DNA of 64,000 nucleotides, from positions 136,476 to 200,475 of the forward strand of contig CAVYZN010000014.1 of the NCBI GenBank assembly GCA_963773065.1. The letters run 5' to 3'. This DNA is from an uncultured Gammaproteobacteria bacterium (lineage in GTDB: Bacteria; Pseudomonadota; Gammaproteobacteria; UBA9214). Made by a program: the position numbers and the translations under genes. The notes beneath the pieces were generated by a model, which was given only the letters and a program-made list of their open reading frames with translations, was not told where the DNA came from and searched no databases. Shown here in pieces: positions 60,757 to 64,000 of this stretch (its first letter is position 1; every line of letters starts with the position of its first letter).

Positions 60757-61083
60757 CCGCTTCTGCGAGACACCACGATGGCAACGGCCCCGTGGAAAAC
60801 TCCCTTATACACCGTGTCCACTGTGTTTCAAATCGGAGAAATTGCTTTACGTACCGTTTTTCCCAGCCTTGCTATTCACCCCTGATAGACTATTCTCCAC
60901 TGGAAGAAGGCGTAATGCGGTCCACATACGCAAGTCGCCTATCGGATGGCGAACAGAGGGGGGCGTCACAACCGATGTCACACGCGCGGGTCCGTGTGTC
61001 ACCAGCCGTTCCCTCGGTGAACGAAACCAGCTCGGCTTCGCTCAACTAACTCGATTAACCAACAAACAGACAGGAGTTATCTC

Positions 61084-62804
61084 ATGAGTCGTATCATCCG
61101 TTTCGTGTCTTTCGTTCTGTCCGCCCTCACCCTCGGGCTCTTCGGTTCCGCCGCGGCGCTGGCGCAGGCGACCGCCGAGAAGCCCAACATCCTGTTCATC
61201 ATGGGCGACGACATCGGCTGGATGCAGCCGAGCATCTACCACCGCGGCCTGATGGTGGGGGAAACGCCCAACATCGACCGCATCGGCAACGAGGGCGCGA
61301 TCTTCACGGACTACTACGCCGAGCAGAGCTGCACCTCCGGGCGCAACGCCTTCTTCACCGGCATGCATCCGCTGCGCACGGGCATGATCCCGCCGCAACT
61401 GCCCGGCAGCCCGTCCTACCTGCGACCCGGCACGCCGGCGCTCGCCAAGTTCCTGCACGATCTCGGCTACACCACCGGCGAGTTCGGCAAGAACCACCTG
61501 GGCGACCATCCCGATGCGCTGCCGACGGCGCACGGCTTCCAGGAATTCTGGGGCTACCTGTACCACCTCGACGCGATGCAGCAGGTGAGCTTCCCCGACA
61601 TCAACAAGACCCCGACTCGTGCAGGGCGTCGCGCCGCCGTGCAAGAACGCGCCGATCCCCGGCCTGCCCGAGGTCCCCGGCGCCGTGGATCCAAAAACCA
61701 CGATCTGCTTGACGCCGCCGCGCCCGGTGATCTGCGTGCACGTCCTCCGACGGCACGGAAGCGAACCAGAGCTGCAAGGACGAAGGCCCGCTGACGCTGG
61801 AGCGCTCGAAGACGGTGGACGAGGAGATCTCCGCCCAGGTCATCGACTTCCTCGACCGCAACGACCCGAAGAAGACCAACAAGCCCTTCTTCGTCTGGTA
61901 CAACCCAGCGCGCATGCACATCACGACCATGCTGTCGGCCGAAGTACCTGGACATGGTGGGCGAACAAGGGCGGCAAGGACTGGGGCATCAACGAAGCCG
62001 GCATGAAGCAGATGGACGACAACATCGGCTCGTGCTGAAGAAGCTCGAGGACATGGGCCAGCTCGACAACACCATCGTCGTCTTCACCACCGACAACGGC
62101 GCCGAGGTCATCACCTTCCCCGACGGCGGCATCACGCCGTTCAAGGGCGGGAAGCTGACCACCTGGGAAGGCGGCATGCGCGCTCCGCTGGTCGTCCGCT
62201 GGCCGGGCCACATCAAGCCGGGCACGATCAAGAAAGAGATGTTTGCGTCCCTGGACTGGCTGCCGACGTTCGTCGACATCGCCGGCGGCCCCAAGGGCGA
62301 CGGGCTGAAGAAGCAGATCGAAGCGGGCAAGTATCCCGGCATCGTCAAGACGACGCTCGACGGCGTGGACCAGCGCGACTACCTCGAAGGCAAGTCGGAG
62401 AAGTCGGCGCGCGACGACTTCTTCTACTACTCCGGCGCGACACCGTCGGCGGTGCGGTACAAGAACTGGAAGATCTATTACACGATGGCGGGCACCAACC
62501 CGCTCGGCGCGATGGGGTCGACGGTGACCTATCACTGGACGCAGATCCACAACATCAAGCGCGATCCGTTCGAGATCGCGGGCGGGTTGGACGATCCAGA
62601 AGTCGGTCAATGGCCATCGGCGGTGCGCTGGCCGCGCCGATGACCGCTTATCTCTACAACTGGAACATGCTGCCCATCGGCCAGCTGCTGTGGATGAAGG
62701 AGCTCGATGTCCTACAGGAGTTCCCGCCGCTGCAGGATCCGGCGAGCTACAACCTGAGCGGCATCCTGGAGCAAATGAAGAAGGCGGCCCACGGGAGCCA
62801 ATGA
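61084..62804 (+). CDS. Arylsulfatase (formylglycine-dependent), several indels
   Basis: KPNILFIMGDDIG, CTSGR (CxxxR), GKNHLG, TTDNG, WEGGMRAP. Confidence 0.92.
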
Positions 62805-62832
62805 CCGGGCAGACGGGCCGCATCGTGACGAC

Positions 62833-62862
62833 GCGGGCGGCCCGAAGGGCCGCCCGCTTTCT
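62833..62862 (+). terminator. GC-rich hairpin (terminator or mRNA stabiliser)
   Basis: GCGGGCGGCCC-GAA-GGGCCGCCCGC followed by TTTCT. Confidence 0.6.
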
Positions 62863-62879
62863 ACAGGAGGACACTAAGC

Positions 62880-63923
62880 ATGGAAACGCATTCGCACTCT
62901 TTTCGTTGCACTCGCCGCTTCCTCGCGCTCGGCGCCGCTGCTCGTCCTCGGCGCATGCGCCATGTCCAGGCCGATGCCGCAGACCGATCCGCTGCCTTCC
63001 TGGAACGACGGCCCCGCGAAGCAGGCGATCGTCGACTTCGTGCAGGCGACCACCGACCAGGCGAGCCCGAAGTTCGTGCCGCCGGCGGAGCGCATCGCCA
63101 CGTTCGACCAGGACGGCACGCTGTGGGTCGAGCACCCGATGTACACGCAGGTGATGTACTGCCTGGAGCGCGTCCCGGCGGTGGTCAAGGCGAAGCCGGA
63201 GCTGCGAACGTCGAGCCGTTCAAGACGGTGCTGTCCGGCAACCGCGAGGCGATCGCGAAGCTCTCGATGGAGGACCTCTTGAAGATCCTCGCCGCCACGC
63301 TGACCGGCATGACGGTCGAGGAGTTCAACGCCGAGGTGAAGAAGTGGCTCGCAACGGCCAAGGATCCGCGCTGGAAACGGCCGTACACCGAGCTCACCTA
63401 TCAGCCGATGCAGGAAGTGCTGAAGTACCTGCGCGCCAACGGCTACAAGACCTACATCGTCACCGGCGGCGGCCAGGACTTCGTGCGCGTGTACGCCGAG
63501 CAGGTCTACGGCATTCCGCCCGAGCAGGTGGTCGGCACCGCCGGCGGGACCAAATACGGCTACGACAAGGACGGCAAGCCGTTTCTGACCAAGGAGCCCA
63601 AGCTGCTGCTGAACGACAACAACGCCGGCAAGCCCGAGGGCATTCACCTGATGATCGGGCGGCGGCCCGTACGCCGCGTTCGGCAACTCGACCGGCGACC
63701 GGCAGATGCTGGAGTACACCAAGGCCGGCGACGGCGCGCGGCTGGCGATGCTGGTGCTGCACGACGACGCGAAGCGCGAGTACGCCTACGGCCCGGCGCA
63801 GGGACTGCCCGACACCAAGGTCGGCACGTTCACCCAGGCGCTGTACGACGAGGCGAAGAAGAGGGCTGGATCGTCATCAGCATGAAGAACGACTGGAAGC
63901 GCATCTTCGCGTTCGAGCAATAG
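62880..63923 (+). CDS. HAD-family hydrolase (secreted acid phosphatase-like), several indels
   Basis: PLPSWND, IATFDQDGTLWVE, YIVTGGG, FGNSTGD in a shifted frame, ISMKNDW. Confidence 0.88.
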   Translation: METHSHSFRCTRRFLALGAAARPRRMRHVQADAADRSAAFLERRPREAGDRRLRAGDHRPGEPEVRAAGGAHRHVRPGRHAVGRAPDVHAGDVLPGARPGGGQGEAGAANVEPFKTVLSGNREAIAKLSMEDLLKILAATLTGMTVEEFNAEVKKWLATAKDPRWKRPYTELTYQPMQEVLKYLRANGYKTYIVTGGGQDFVRVYAEQVYGIPPEQVVGTAGGTKYGYDKDGKPFLTKEPKLLLNDNNAGKPEGIHLMIGRRPVRRVRQLDRRPADAGVHQGRRRRAAGDAGAARRREARVRLRPGAGTARHQGRHVHPGAVRRGEEEGWIVISMKNDWKRIFAFEQ

Positions 63924-63964
63924 CGCAGCAGAAGTGTGAAACAACCAACGAAAGGAGAGAGTAC

Positions 63965-64000
63965 ATGATACGCAAGAAGCTCTGCGGTTCGAGTCCGACC
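63965..64000 (+). CDS. Start of next gene, truncated by window edge
   Basis: AAGGAG RBS then ATG ATA CGC AAG AAG. Confidence 0.5.
   Translation, partial: MIRKKLCGSSPT

Overview
GC-rich, apparently gammaproteobacterial chromosomal window (inferred from gene content, not proven). It has many single-base frameshifts in otherwise ordinary genes, probably long-read assembly indels. The backbone holds a CDF metal exporter, an RND pump, pta-ackA, a BT1-type transporter, a multi-PAS kinase with RssB/RssC-like partners, zwf, an HD-GYP phosphodiesterase, a VPLPA-CTERM protein, envelope genes (OmpA/YiaD, Lpp/OprI-type lipoprotein, two L,D-transpeptidases), a MoxR-DUF58-BatABD operon and a patatin/GH63/arylsulfatase/HAD cluster. 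The accessory region (about 10.5-23.0 kb) is a decaying type I restriction-modification locus carrying an IS3, an IS30 inside hsdS, toxin-antitoxin cassettes and ATPase defence candidates. Two patterns stand out. (1) A dispersed family of ~48-50-bp mini-elements carries two hairpins with AGGA/ANGGAN loops about 25 nt apart, the geometry of CsrA/RsmA sites. They insert in frame in genes and into each other with 2-bp duplications. (2) The 3' end of hsdM is present three times, each copy translationally coupled to the next cargo gene, so the hsdM-hsdS junction looks like a cassette-capture array. I saw no rRNA, tRNA or CRISPR array.
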